From Bacteroidota bacterium (GTDB taxonomy: Bacteria; Bacteroidota; Bacteroidia; Chitinophagales; Saprospiraceae): 64,000 bases of DNA. Both the position numbers and the translations under genes were made by a program. This document shows positions 35,578 through 44,355 of the stretch, piece after piece. Where the stretch lies: NCBI GenBank assembly GCA_029557915.1, contig JAKQHS010000111.1, positions 5,918 to 69,917 on the forward strand, read 5' to 3'. Positions within the stretch are counted from its first letter, which is position 1, and every line of letters begins with the position of its first letter. The notes under the pieces were generated by a model. It made no database searches. It worked only from the letters and a program-made list of their open reading frames with translations, and was not told where the DNA came from.

Positions 35578-37329
35578 ATGAAACGAATGATGGTCCCCAG
35601 ATGCGTGTTGATGCTCTTTTTTTGTCCTCCATTCCTGTTCAAGGTCTTTGCTACCGGACCCGCTGTGCTTTTTTTCAGGGCCAACGCGGACACGGTGGCT
35701 AAATTCGAAAAATTTGAGATCAGCCTCGATTTTAAAGCCGATTTTACCAATCCCTTTGATCCGGCCCAGGTGGACCTCCGGGCTTCGTTCACTTCCCCGA
35801 CAGGAAAGGTCTGGCAGATTCCCGGCTTCTATAATTACAGCAGCTGGACGGCCGTCTGGATGATCCGTTTCTCCCCCGATGAAACCGGGACCTGGAAATA
35901 CACGGTGAGCATCAAAGACAAAACGGGCGTAAACGACAGCATCAACCGGGTGTTCCAGGTGCGCCCTTCCGCTCACAAGGGCCCGGTAAAAATAGCTGCA
36001 AACAAACGTTTTCTCCAGCATGCCAACGGCGACTCCTATTTCGGGGTCGGCCTTTGGTATAACGACAGTTACGCGGCCTATAACCAGGGCAGGATCAACC
36101 CGCAGGAACTGGATGAGCTCAAACGACTTGGGGTAAATTTTATCAGCACCTTCATCACCCCGCTTGAAACCCATGGAAGCGGGCTGGGACGGTACGATCA
36201 AAGCATCTGCGGCAGGCTGGATGAAGTGCTGCAGCTTTGTGAGGAAAGGGACATCCAGCTCAGCCTCAATATCTGGTTTCATTCCTACCTCTCCGAAACC
36301 GTATGGGGAGGGGGCAATATCCGGTGGAATACCAACCCCTATAAACAAATCACCTCAGCCAAAGATTTTTATCGCAGTGAAGAAGCCTGGAAATTCCAGC
36401 AACTGCTGTACCGATATATGATCGCCCGCTGGGCATACAGCCGGTCCCTCTTGCTTTGGTTTGTCATCGATGAAGTCAACGGCACCGACGGCTGGGTTTC
36501 CGGCGACAGCCTGATGGCTGCCCAATGGGGTAAAAAAGTACATGATTATTTTAAGGCCCACGATCCTTATGGCCACCTCACCACGGGTACCCGCAGCGGA
36601 GGCATTGGTGAATTCTGGCATGAAGGCTACCAGATCTTTGATTTGTCCAACCGGGAAATATATGAAGCCCAGGGATTTCCCATTGTCCGGAGCGGCAGGC
36701 TGGACAGCGCCGATACCCATCCCCTGGCCCTGAGTTATATGAATTATGCCGGCCAAATAGAAAGGCTCTGGAAAGGTTATGAAAAACCGGCCATCATAGG
36801 GGAAACCGGCTGGGACCACACTTTCTATGAACCCAGCATGCCGGGTTACCAGGCCATGTATCACAATGCCCTGTGGGTAACCCTCGCAAAAGGCACCGCC
36901 ATGACGCCTTTTTGGTGGGCCCACTCCGGCTACCTCAATGACAACATCATCACCAACCAGGTCCGGAATATCGCCCGGTTTTCCCAGGAAATTCCCTTTG
37001 CAAAACTCAGCAAGCCAAAACCGGTGGAAGCCATCACGGGAGGCAGTAATGCCTACGCCATGAGCAGTGACCAGCTGATCTATGGCTGGGTGGTCAATCC
37101 GGATTCCGATGTCAGCGGGGCACAGGTAAGTTTGACGTTGACAGGCAGTCCCGCCTCAAAATATAAGGTCAGGATTTACCATACCTGGCGGGGGGCTTTT
37201 ATCCAGGAATCCGAGGTGGTCCCGCAGGGCAATCAGATCCGGTTTGAAATACCGGTGCTGAAGATCCAGGGCGGACGGGGATTTTACATTGGACAGGACG
37301 CGGCTTTTATCCTAAGCCCCATAGAATAA
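35578..37329 (+). CDS. Putative glycoside hydrolase (DUF5060-like N-terminal domain plus TIM-barrel-like domain)
   Basis: The start at 35578 gives a signal peptide (MKRMMVPRCVLMLFFCPPFLFKVFA); the track ORF's 35314 start overlaps the divergent gene. FEKFEISLDF...NPFDP..VDLRASFTSPTGKVWQIPGFY resembles DUF5060. The rest looks like a GH5/GH140-type barrel, but I have not verified this. Confidence 0.55.
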   Translation: MKRMMVPRCVLMLFFCPPFLFKVFATGPAVLFFRANADTVAKFEKFEISLDFKADFTNPFDPAQVDLRASFTSPTGKVWQIPGFYNYSSWTAVWMIRFSPDETGTWKYTVSIKDKTGVNDSINRVFQVRPSAHKGPVKIAANKRFLQHANGDSYFGVGLWYNDSYAAYNQGRINPQELDELKRLGVNFISTFITPLETHGSGLGRYDQSICGRLDEVLQLCEERDIQLSLNIWFHSYLSETVWGGGNIRWNTNPYKQITSAKDFYRSEEAWKFQQLLYRYMIARWAYSRSLLLWFVIDEVNGTDGWVSGDSLMAAQWGKKVHDYFKAHDPYGHLTTGTRSGGIGEFWHEGYQIFDLSNREIYEAQGFPIVRSGRLDSADTHPLALSYMNYAGQIERLWKGYEKPAIIGETGWDHTFYEPSMPGYQAMYHNALWVTLAKGTAMTPFWWAHSGYLNDNIITNQVRNIARFSQEIPFAKLSKPKPVEAITGGSNAYAMSSDQLIYGWVVNPDSDVSGAQVSLTLTGSPASKYKVRIYHTWRGAFIQESEVVPQGNQIRFEIPVLKIQGGRGFYIGQDAAFILSPIE

Positions 37330-37351
37330 GCCGTGGCGAACTCGAAGTCTT

Positions 37352-37399
37352 CCCAACTGCTAACTTGCCAACTAGCCAACTAGCCAACTTACTAACTAA
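37352..37399. repeat. 8-nt microsatellite (CCAACTAG-like, about 6 units) between convergent genes
   Basis: The array reads cccaactg ctaacttg ccaactag ccaactag ccaactta ctaactaa. It abuts the stop of the minus-strand acyl-CoA ligase gene (37400). Confidence 0.8.
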
Positions 37400-39226
37400 T
37401 TAACCTTCCACATACATCCTCTCAATCGCATCCTTGTATTTCTCCAGCAATAACCTTCGCTTGAGTTTTAAGGTTGGTGTCAGTTCTCCCTCCCGGCCAT
37501 CGGATTTGATGGGAACCCATACCTCGGGCACCAATGTGAATTTTTTTATTTGTTCGATATGTCCAAAAAGCGGATTGTATTGGTCCACGATCTGTTGATA
37601 GAGTTTAATAACCTCGGGAAGCTTCACCGCCTCTTTAAGGCCGGTCCAGGGTATTTTTTCTTCTTCAAACCAGTTTTTAAGGCTTTCTTCCGCAGGGACG
37701 ATGAGGGCGGTCACAAATTTCATCCGGTCGCCGACCAGCATGATATTATCTAACAGGAAATCTTCCTTTAATTTGTTTTCAATGGGGCTGGGCGCTACAT
37801 ATTTCCCACCTGAAGTTTTGAACAATTCTTTTTTGCGGTCCGTAATCTTCAGAAAACGGATGCCGTCCTTGCCGGTGACAAAAGTGCCGACATCTCCGGT
37901 GCACAGCCAGGTTTTTCCATCAATGACCTTAAGCGATTCGGCGGTCCACTCCGGGTGCTTGTAATAACCGATCATGATATTGGGACCGGAAGCGAGAATT
38001 TCCCCCTCCCCTTCCTTATATATGGCTTCGCTGTTGTCGAGCCGCACCTCCACGTTTGACATCAGGGGGCCGACCGTCCCGATCAGGGCTTTATGGGGTT
38101 CAAACAGGCTGATGCTGATGCCGGGCGAAGCTTCCGTAAGTCCATAGGCTTCCCGGACCGGGATGCCCGCTGCCGAAAAAACGCGGATGATCCGGGTGGG
38201 GCAGGGCGCCGAACCGGTGACCACCCCCTTGACTTGTCCTCCCAGGGCAGCCCTCCATTTTGAAAAAATCAGTTTATCGGCGATGGCCCACTGGATGGCT
38301 TTCAGTCCTGTGGGTTTGAAATCGAATTCATATTCTTCGGTGAGGCTGATGGCCCAAAAAAATAATTTCTTTTTAATCCCGGTGAGGTCTGAACCCTTAT
38401 TGTATATTTTTTCATAAACCTTTTCCAGCAAACGCGGAACACAGGTAAAAAAATGAGGACTGACCGATTTGAGATCGCCTTGGTCTCCACCCAGGTTGTC
38501 CGTCCCGGTCTGGTATACATTGAGCCCGACATAAACAAAGGCATAGGTCGCAGCCCTTTCGAAGATATGACAGATGGGCAGGAAGCTGAGTACTTTTTCC
38601 CCGCAGCTTACCGGAAGGATGTCTTTGACTTCCCGGATGCAACTGGCCAGGTTGAAATGGGACAACATCACTCCTTTGGGCTTCCCGGTGGTGCCGCTGG
38701 TATAAATGATGGTCACCAGGTCTGAAGGTTTTATGCGGGCGATGCTTTGGTCCACTTCACCGGTGCGGTCGCTGCGCAATAAATCCTTCCAGTGGATTTC
38801 GCCGACTCCTTCATCGATGCCTATGATTTGTTTTAGCGCAGGAAGGTTTGCCCGGACATTTCCGATTTTTTGGTCGAGGTCGCCTTTTCCGATAAAAACG
38901 GCCTTGCAGGCGGATTCGGTCAGGATATATTCATATTCACCCGGGCTGATGGTCGGATAAAGCGGCACGGAGACCATGCCCGCGTATTGAATGGCGAGGT
39001 CAATGACGATCCATTCGGGCTGGTTTTTATAGGAGATGATGGCCATATTGTCCCCCGGTTCGTAACCGGAGTCCAGAAGACCCTGGGCCAATTGGCGGGC
39101 CAGTTCAATGATCTGAGCGGTGCTGTAAAATTTCCATTCCCCATTCTGGCGCGATCCGAACGATTTTTCCTGCGGGTAGTGTTTTAACTGGTAATCAAAA
39201 AATTCAAAAACGCGCTCAATCGTCAT
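37400..39226 (-). CDS. Long-chain-fatty-acid--CoA ligase (AMP-dependent synthetase)
   Basis: 608 aa with the AMP-binding motif IIYTSGTTGKPKGVMLSHFN, then GYGLTE-like (REAYGLTEASP), TGDVG and a KLKR tail. Confidence 0.9.
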   Translation of the reverse strand: MTIERVFEFFDYQLKHYPQEKSFGSRQNGEWKFYSTAQIIELARQLAQGLLDSGYEPGDNMAIISYKNQPEWIVIDLAIQYAGMVSVPLYPTISPGEYEYILTESACKAVFIGKGDLDQKIGNVRANLPALKQIIGIDEGVGEIHWKDLLRSDRTGEVDQSIARIKPSDLVTIIYTSGTTGKPKGVMLSHFNLASCIREVKDILPVSCGEKVLSFLPICHIFERAATYAFVYVGLNVYQTGTDNLGGDQGDLKSVSPHFFTCVPRLLEKVYEKIYNKGSDLTGIKKKLFFWAISLTEEYEFDFKPTGLKAIQWAIADKLIFSKWRAALGGQVKGVVTGSAPCPTRIIRVFSAAGIPVREAYGLTEASPGISISLFEPHKALIGTVGPLMSNVEVRLDNSEAIYKEGEGEILASGPNIMIGYYKHPEWTAESLKVIDGKTWLCTGDVGTFVTGKDGIRFLKITDRKKELFKTSGGKYVAPSPIENKLKEDFLLDNIMLVGDRMKFVTALIVPAEESLKNWFEEEKIPWTGLKEAVKLPEVIKLYQQIVDQYNPLFGHIEQIKKFTLVPEVWVPIKSDGREGELTPTLKLKRRLLLEKYKDAIERMYVEG

Positions 39227-39236
39227 GGGTCAGAAT

Positions 39237-40667
39237 TTAATTGGATTCATGCAGTATCCGGATCTGGTTCAATCGTAGCAATATAGCGAAATTTAGAAAA
39301 AAGTAAGTCCCTACTTTGTCGGTTTCCACCATATCATTGAAAAACAGGATGACGAGGATGGAGGACATGGACATGGTGGCCGCAAAGCCCCAATGTCGCA
39401 GCGCCGGAAGCTTTGCCCGGAGCAGGGGCTGGGCTTCCAGAAAAAACAACCAGATCAGTACCAGGAAAAAGATCAGTCCGGGGAGGCCTTGCTCCACCGC
39501 GGTCATCAGGTAATAATTATGAATCCCGCTCCGGTCCGGGTTTTCACTCACATAGGTTGAAAAACGGTGAAGCGTATAGGCGGGATAAGCGGAATAAAAA
39601 CCTGCCGGGCCAAATCCCACCAGGTATTTTTCTCCCACCATTCTCACCCCGGCCACCCAGCGGTAAAGCCTTTCCATGGTGGAGATATCCTTTCCCTGCG
39701 GAGTGGCTTCAAGCAGGGTGCCGAATTCCACGTGGGTCACGGCTTTGTTGTAATCCGGAGCCAGTTCCAGGTAACGGTTACCCGAAGTAAAATAAATCAT
39801 GGCCGCAATGCCCAGGGCCGGCAGGATCAACATAGCCCTGTTGACCCATTTCCATCTTACTACAGGATAAACCAGGATCACCGCCGGCAGGGCCAGGTAG
39901 GCCGCCCGGGTATAAGAAAAAAAAATACCGGCAAGCAGGACCAGGACCAGTCCGATCCATACCATTCTGAAAAAAGCCTTACGCTTTAACAGATGCCAGA
40001 CCGGCCAGGCGTAAGGAAGAAGACAGACGAGCAGGCAGGCGTAATTCACATGGTTCCGGTAAAAGGGCCGCACCGCGGTATTGATCTGGTCAAAGGCAAA
40101 TCCCGAACCGGCATGTTTCCACTCGATGATCATCACCGTGAGGGCAGCCGTGCCGATGGAAAGAAGAGCGAAACGGAAAAGCCTTTTTTCATTTTTCAGA
40201 AAAAGATAGGCCAGGATATAGAATACAAAAAGATACCAGGTTTTGGATATCCAGTATTTCAACGAAACCCATACGTCCTGGCTGGAAAGGCTGGTAAATA
40301 ATATCCACAACCAATGTACGGCCAGGGCAACCGTGATGGGGTGTTTCAGAATTTTCCGGATATCCGCGGTCGCAGGATGGAGCACATACACCAGGCCGAA
40401 GCCAAACAACCACCACATCAAAAGTTCATCCGGAAAATCCGTGGCAAAACCGCCCGGCAGGTCCACTTCGGTACTCAAGGGGATACTGATCAATAACAGG
40501 TAAAATATCCAGTGAAGACGGTGAACGCTGATCTGGAAAAAAAGCAAAAACAGGGGGGCCAGAAAACACCAGGTTTCCTGAAAAACGATTCCCGCCAAGG
40601 CGGAAATCAATACAAATACCGGAAATCCGTTTCGGTCAATCCACAGCCGGAATCCCTCAGCCTGCAT
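39237..40667 (-). CDS. O-antigen ligase / Wzy-like polymerase family membrane protein
   Basis: 476 aa and polytopic. It has a Wzy_C-like segment (FFSYTRAAYLALPAVILV) and a large loop followed by further TM helices. Confidence 0.65.
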   Translation of the reverse strand: MQAEGFRLWIDRNGFPVFVLISALAGIVFQETWCFLAPLFLLFFQISVHRLHWIFYLLLISIPLSTEVDLPGGFATDFPDELLMWWLFGFGLVYVLHPATADIRKILKHPITVALAVHWLWILFTSLSSQDVWVSLKYWISKTWYLFVFYILAYLFLKNEKRLFRFALLSIGTAALTVMIIEWKHAGSGFAFDQINTAVRPFYRNHVNYACLLVCLLPYAWPVWHLLKRKAFFRMVWIGLVLVLLAGIFFSYTRAAYLALPAVILVYPVVRWKWVNRAMLILPALGIAAMIYFTSGNRYLELAPDYNKAVTHVEFGTLLEATPQGKDISTMERLYRWVAGVRMVGEKYLVGFGPAGFYSAYPAYTLHRFSTYVSENPDRSGIHNYYLMTAVEQGLPGLIFFLVLIWLFFLEAQPLLRAKLPALRHWGFAATMSMSSILVILFFNDMVETDKVGTYFFLNFAILLRLNQIRILHESN

Positions 40668-40672
40668 AAAAA

Positions 40673-41764
40673 CTATTTCCAGAAGGATTTCAGAATATAA
40701 TACAGGCTGAGCGAAAGGGCGGAAAACAAGGCAGCGGCGATTACCAGGAGACTGCGTGTCGGCCTCGATTTGTAGATGGGTATTTCGGCCTGGGATACGG
40801 TGATCAGGGCGGGGGCTGCAGCGCCAGCCGTATTGACCGCATGCTGATAGCGGATCCGGTCTTCATTTAACTGGGCATTCAACCTTTCAATATTGAGGTC
40901 AAGCGACTGGATCCGTGAAACCCCTTCATTAAAATTTTCAAGACTGAAGGAAGCCACCCCTGCGTTTGACCTGGTGATGTTCCGCCATTGCGTTTCCAGG
41001 CCTTTAATGCGGGCGGCCAGGTACATGAGGGTATCCCTGGGGGCATTGCTTTTTTTCAATACTTCATAGCGGGCTTGTTCCCCGGCCAGGTCGCTGGACA
41101 CTTGTGCGGCAATGGCGGACATGGATTCCGTCTGGGCCTCAATATTGTAAATGGGGTAAATTTTCCTCAACCGGTACAAACTGTCGTTGAGCGCATGCAG
41201 CAAAGCCTGCTTTTCCTGGATGCTCGCCCGGTAGGTGACCGATACGGCACTCAGGCGATCGGTGATCAGTTTGACCGCAGCCCGGTTTACCGATTCCCGC
41301 GCTTCATTGGACATGCTGGCAGCCAGGGCTTTGTCCTGGTCTTCTATGCTCAGTTCGATGGCATCGTATTTGGTTTTCACGACTTCCATCCTTTTGTCCA
41401 GTTTTTTCCGGATTTTATGATGGGCAAAAGGACGGGTGGAATCCATCTTATAATGCCGGTAGAGGTCAAAAGTGGAAATCAGGTGATCTTTGATTTCGTT
41501 GGAATGACAAAGAGTGAGGAGCCGGTCCAGGTCTTCCCCGCTGCCATAAAACTCAGGGTCGGATAAGGAATTGCCGAAGATGAGCTCGGGCTTGGCCAGG
41601 TCGGGGCTGGCCGCATAAAATACCGTAGTGGCCTTATAATAATTTTTTAAAGTCAGGGAAAGCAGCGCCGCACAGATCCCGACCAGGAGTGCCCAGGTGA
41701 AAATCGGTTTTTTTTTATCCCAGAGGATTCGGATAGCGTCCCTGATTTGCTCCGGTTCTTCCAT
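40673..41764 (-). CDS. Polysaccharide chain-length-determinant (Wzz/PCP-like) protein
   Basis: 363 aa. It has an N-terminal Wzz-like segment with a TM helix (ILWDKKKPIFTWALLVGICAALLSL), a long coiled-coil periplasmic region and a C-terminal TM helix (LLVIAAALFSALSLSLYYIL). Confidence 0.65.
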   Translation of the reverse strand: MEEPEQIRDAIRILWDKKKPIFTWALLVGICAALLSLTLKNYYKATTVFYAASPDLAKPELIFGNSLSDPEFYGSGEDLDRLLTLCHSNEIKDHLISTFDLYRHYKMDSTRPFAHHKIRKKLDKRMEVVKTKYDAIELSIEDQDKALAASMSNEARESVNRAAVKLITDRLSAVSVTYRASIQEKQALLHALNDSLYRLRKIYPIYNIEAQTESMSAIAAQVSSDLAGEQARYEVLKKSNAPRDTLMYLAARIKGLETQWRNITRSNAGVASFSLENFNEGVSRIQSLDLNIERLNAQLNEDRIRYQHAVNTAGAAAPALITVSQAEIPIYKSRPTRSLLVIAAALFSALSLSLYYILKSFWK

Positions 41765-41804
41765 ACAACGAAAGTATGAATTTCTGGTCAGCCGACGCCC
41801 GGGC

Positions 41805-43244
41805 TCAATCGACGCCTGGTTTAAAGACTAAACGGAAAACTTGGGCCAGGGGCAACAAATTTGAGGAGAACACCAAAATCAACAGGGCCAGCACATGAAC
41901 CGGAATCGCAGCCGGTGCAGGAAGCCCTGAATAAAGCACTCCTGTCCCGGTCAACACAGCCATCCCCAGAACCAATACCATAAGGCCGAAGTGCTTCCAT
42001 TGAAACCGGATGATCTTGCGTAAATGGATCAAACCGGCGAGTAAAAAGGCAGTGATGGTTTGGGTGACCAGGGCCACCCCTGCCGCCCCGGCGGCTCCAT
42101 AGCTGCGCGTGACCAGCAAATGACCGGCTGCGTTGATGCAGATGGAAATTAAAAACAACCGGTTCATGGCACCGGCTTCCTTCACCGCGGTTAACAGGGT
42201 GCTGAGCAGGTAGTTGATGGTTAGGGGAACCAGGTTCAGAATCGTAAGGTGGAGAATGTCTTCCGCCGGATCGGTATAAAGGGCCTGCATGATATACCGG
42301 TGCTGGAAAGCCAGGGGCATTGCGATCAGAGAGGCAAGCACAATCATCAGTTTCCAGGCGAGGTCAAAAAGGGACTGGCGCTGTTCCCACAATTTCTGGC
42401 CGGTCGCATGGGCAAACATGGGCATCAGAATTCCGGCAAATAAAAAACCGAGCATATTGGCCGCATCAAGGAGGCGGTAGGCGGCCGCATAAATCCCGGA
42501 TTGTTGGGCTCCGTCGTTCCGCAGCCCATTTAGCCAGACCGGCTCCATCCTGGAAAAGAGGACCATAAGGATAAAAATCATGGCATAAGGAAAGCATTGC
42601 CTTAAAATCCCTATTGCCGCCGGCAAGGTGCCCATCCGTAATCCCGGCTTTGTTTTAAACCAAAACCAAAACAATCCGGTAACCAGGGGAATCACCAGGG
42701 AATAAAACTGGATGGACAGGAAAATAAAAACAGGCTGACCTTCAAAGGCAGGGAAAATAAACAAGGCAAGAAGGATAAAAATTAATTTATCCGCAACTGA
42801 AAAGAGGCTGTCCAGACGGTAATGACCCAGGCCGGACACAAAGGCCCTGAGGTACAAGATTCCTGCCAGTAAGATCTGGTTGATCGCGATACCCAGGATG
42901 AGGAAAGGTTGTGACCGCATGGAGTTCCCGGCCAAAAGGAAATATAAAACCAGGAAAGCCAGAGCAAAGAAAGGCCTCAGCCAAGCCGTATTTTTCCAGA
43001 TTTCCAGGGCTGCGGACCGGTCAGAGGAGATTTTTTGATTGACATAAACCGTCATGCCCAAATCCAGCAGGATCTGGGGTATCATGGACAGGGAAAACAA
43101 AGTGAAATACAGGCCCCAGGCTTCATTGCCGGCCTGGTTTTGAAAATCCCTTTCTATAAAAAGAACATAGAACGGTTTGATCAACAGGTTGGCAAGCAGG
43201 AGAAAACCGATATTGAGGACAAATTCACGCCGGTAAATGGCCAT
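41805..43244 (-). CDS. Polysaccharide biosynthesis/export flippase (MOP/Wzx-like)
   Basis: About 12-14 TM helices. I chose the start at the ATG at 43244 (MAIYRREFVLNIGFLLLANLL). The alternative is the ATG at 43307. The track start at 43478 would overlap the divergent gene at 43374. Confidence 0.65.
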   Translation of the reverse strand: MAIYRREFVLNIGFLLLANLLIKPFYVLFIERDFQNQAGNEAWGLYFTLFSLSMIPQILLDLGMTVYVNQKISSDRSAALEIWKNTAWLRPFFALAFLVLYFLLAGNSMRSQPFLILGIAINQILLAGILYLRAFVSGLGHYRLDSLFSVADKLIFILLALFIFPAFEGQPVFIFLSIQFYSLVIPLVTGLFWFWFKTKPGLRMGTLPAAIGILRQCFPYAMIFILMVLFSRMEPVWLNGLRNDGAQQSGIYAAAYRLLDAANMLGFLFAGILMPMFAHATGQKLWEQRQSLFDLAWKLMIVLASLIAMPLAFQHRYIMQALYTDPAEDILHLTILNLVPLTINYLLSTLLTAVKEAGAMNRLFLISICINAAGHLLVTRSYGAAGAAGVALVTQTITAFLLAGLIHLRKIIRFQWKHFGLMVLVLGMAVLTGTGVLYSGLPAPAAIPVHVLALLILVFSSNLLPLAQVFRLVFKPGVD

Positions 43245-43373
43245 GCGAACGGGAGTGTCCGCAAAGGTATCATTTAGGTTTAAGAAAACATTAGCACTTG
43301 ATGGCATTGCGTTTGGATACCCAGGGGACCAGCGAATTCGTTTTATTGGTCTATTCGTACCTTTGACCCTTTT

Positions 43374-44177
43374 ATGTTCAAAAGCCGGCTTCTGCTTCCA
43401 TGCATCCTGATTTCTTTGGGTCTTTCGGCCCAGCCCCAGCGTGGTTTTGAAGCGGGACCCTGGCTGGGAGGGGCACATTATTTCGGCGATCTTAATACCA
43501 CTTATAAAATTAACAGGCCCGGTCCGCTGGGCAGTCTTGCCCTGCGGTATAATTTTAATCAGCGGCTCGCCGCCATGGCCAAATTGAACGCTTTCCGCGT
43601 GTCGGCGGACGACGCTTTATCCACCAATGCCTTTGAAAAAAACCGCAATCTCAGTTTTTTCTCTACCGTTTTTGAAGGCAGCGCCCAGTTTGAATTTAAT
43701 TTTTTCCCCTATAAACACGGTGATAAGGAACGTTACTTCACCCCCTATCTCTTTGCAGGAGCATCCGCCTTCAACTACAATCCCAAAACGAGGTACAACG
43801 GAGCCGTCGTTAAATTGCAGCCCCTCGGTACGGAAGGCCAGCCCATCGGTGAGGAATACAGCCTCTTTCAACCCGCCCTGCTCTATGGCATGGGATTCAA
43901 ATACGATCTCAGTCCGTCCTGGAGCCTCAATATCGAAATCAGCGCCCGGACCTTATACACCGATTATATCGATGATGTGAGCACCGTCTATCCTTCACCG
44001 GATCAACTGGCAAACCGGGACCCGCTTTCCGCCATCCTGAGCGACCGCAGCCTACAAGCGGACACGGAACCCGGAAGACAGCGGGGCGACCGGAGGGAGA
44101 GCGACGGCTTTGGCATGCTCAGTATCGGCCTCATGTATTTTTTTAATCCCCTGCCCTGTCCGAAGATCCTTAAGTGA
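43374..44177 (+). CDS. Outer-membrane beta-barrel protein (DUF6089-like)
   Basis: It has a signal peptide (LLLPCILISLGLSAQ). The N-terminal FEAGPWLGGAHYFGDLNT pattern and the overall size match my recollection of DUF6089 proteins. Confidence 0.55.
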   Translation: MFKSRLLLPCILISLGLSAQPQRGFEAGPWLGGAHYFGDLNTTYKINRPGPLGSLALRYNFNQRLAAMAKLNAFRVSADDALSTNAFEKNRNLSFFSTVFEGSAQFEFNFFPYKHGDKERYFTPYLFAGASAFNYNPKTRYNGAVVKLQPLGTEGQPIGEEYSLFQPALLYGMGFKYDLSPSWSLNIEISARTLYTDYIDDVSTVYPSPDQLANRDPLSAILSDRSLQADTEPGRQRGDRRESDGFGMLSIGLMYFFNPLPCPKILK

Positions 44178-44178
44178 T

Positions 44179-44215
44179 GCGGAATTGTGGAATTGTAAAA
44201 TTGTGGAATTGTTTT
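44179..44215. repeat. GGAATTGT octamer microsatellite directly after a stop codon
   Basis: The array reads gc GGAATTGT GGAATTGT AAAATTGT GGAATTGT ttt and begins 2 nt after the TGA at 44175-44177. The same family occurs at 57654 and 61495. Confidence 0.85.
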
Positions 44216-44255
44216 GTGTCTACATTTTTATAACTGTGTAACCACAACCTACTAA

Positions 44256-44294
44256 CCACTATCCACCGCCCACTATCCACGCCCACTGCCCACC
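44256..44294. repeat. 13-nt tandem repeat (CCCACTATCCACG, 3 copies)
   Basis: The array reads ccactatccaccg cccactatccacg cccactgcccacc, about 60 nt upstream of the GH9 gene start. Confidence 0.8.
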
Positions 44295-44355
44295 CCTTTG
44301 CTTTTCAAACGGATTGTCTCTATCTTTCACGCTTACCGATAACCGATAGACGATC

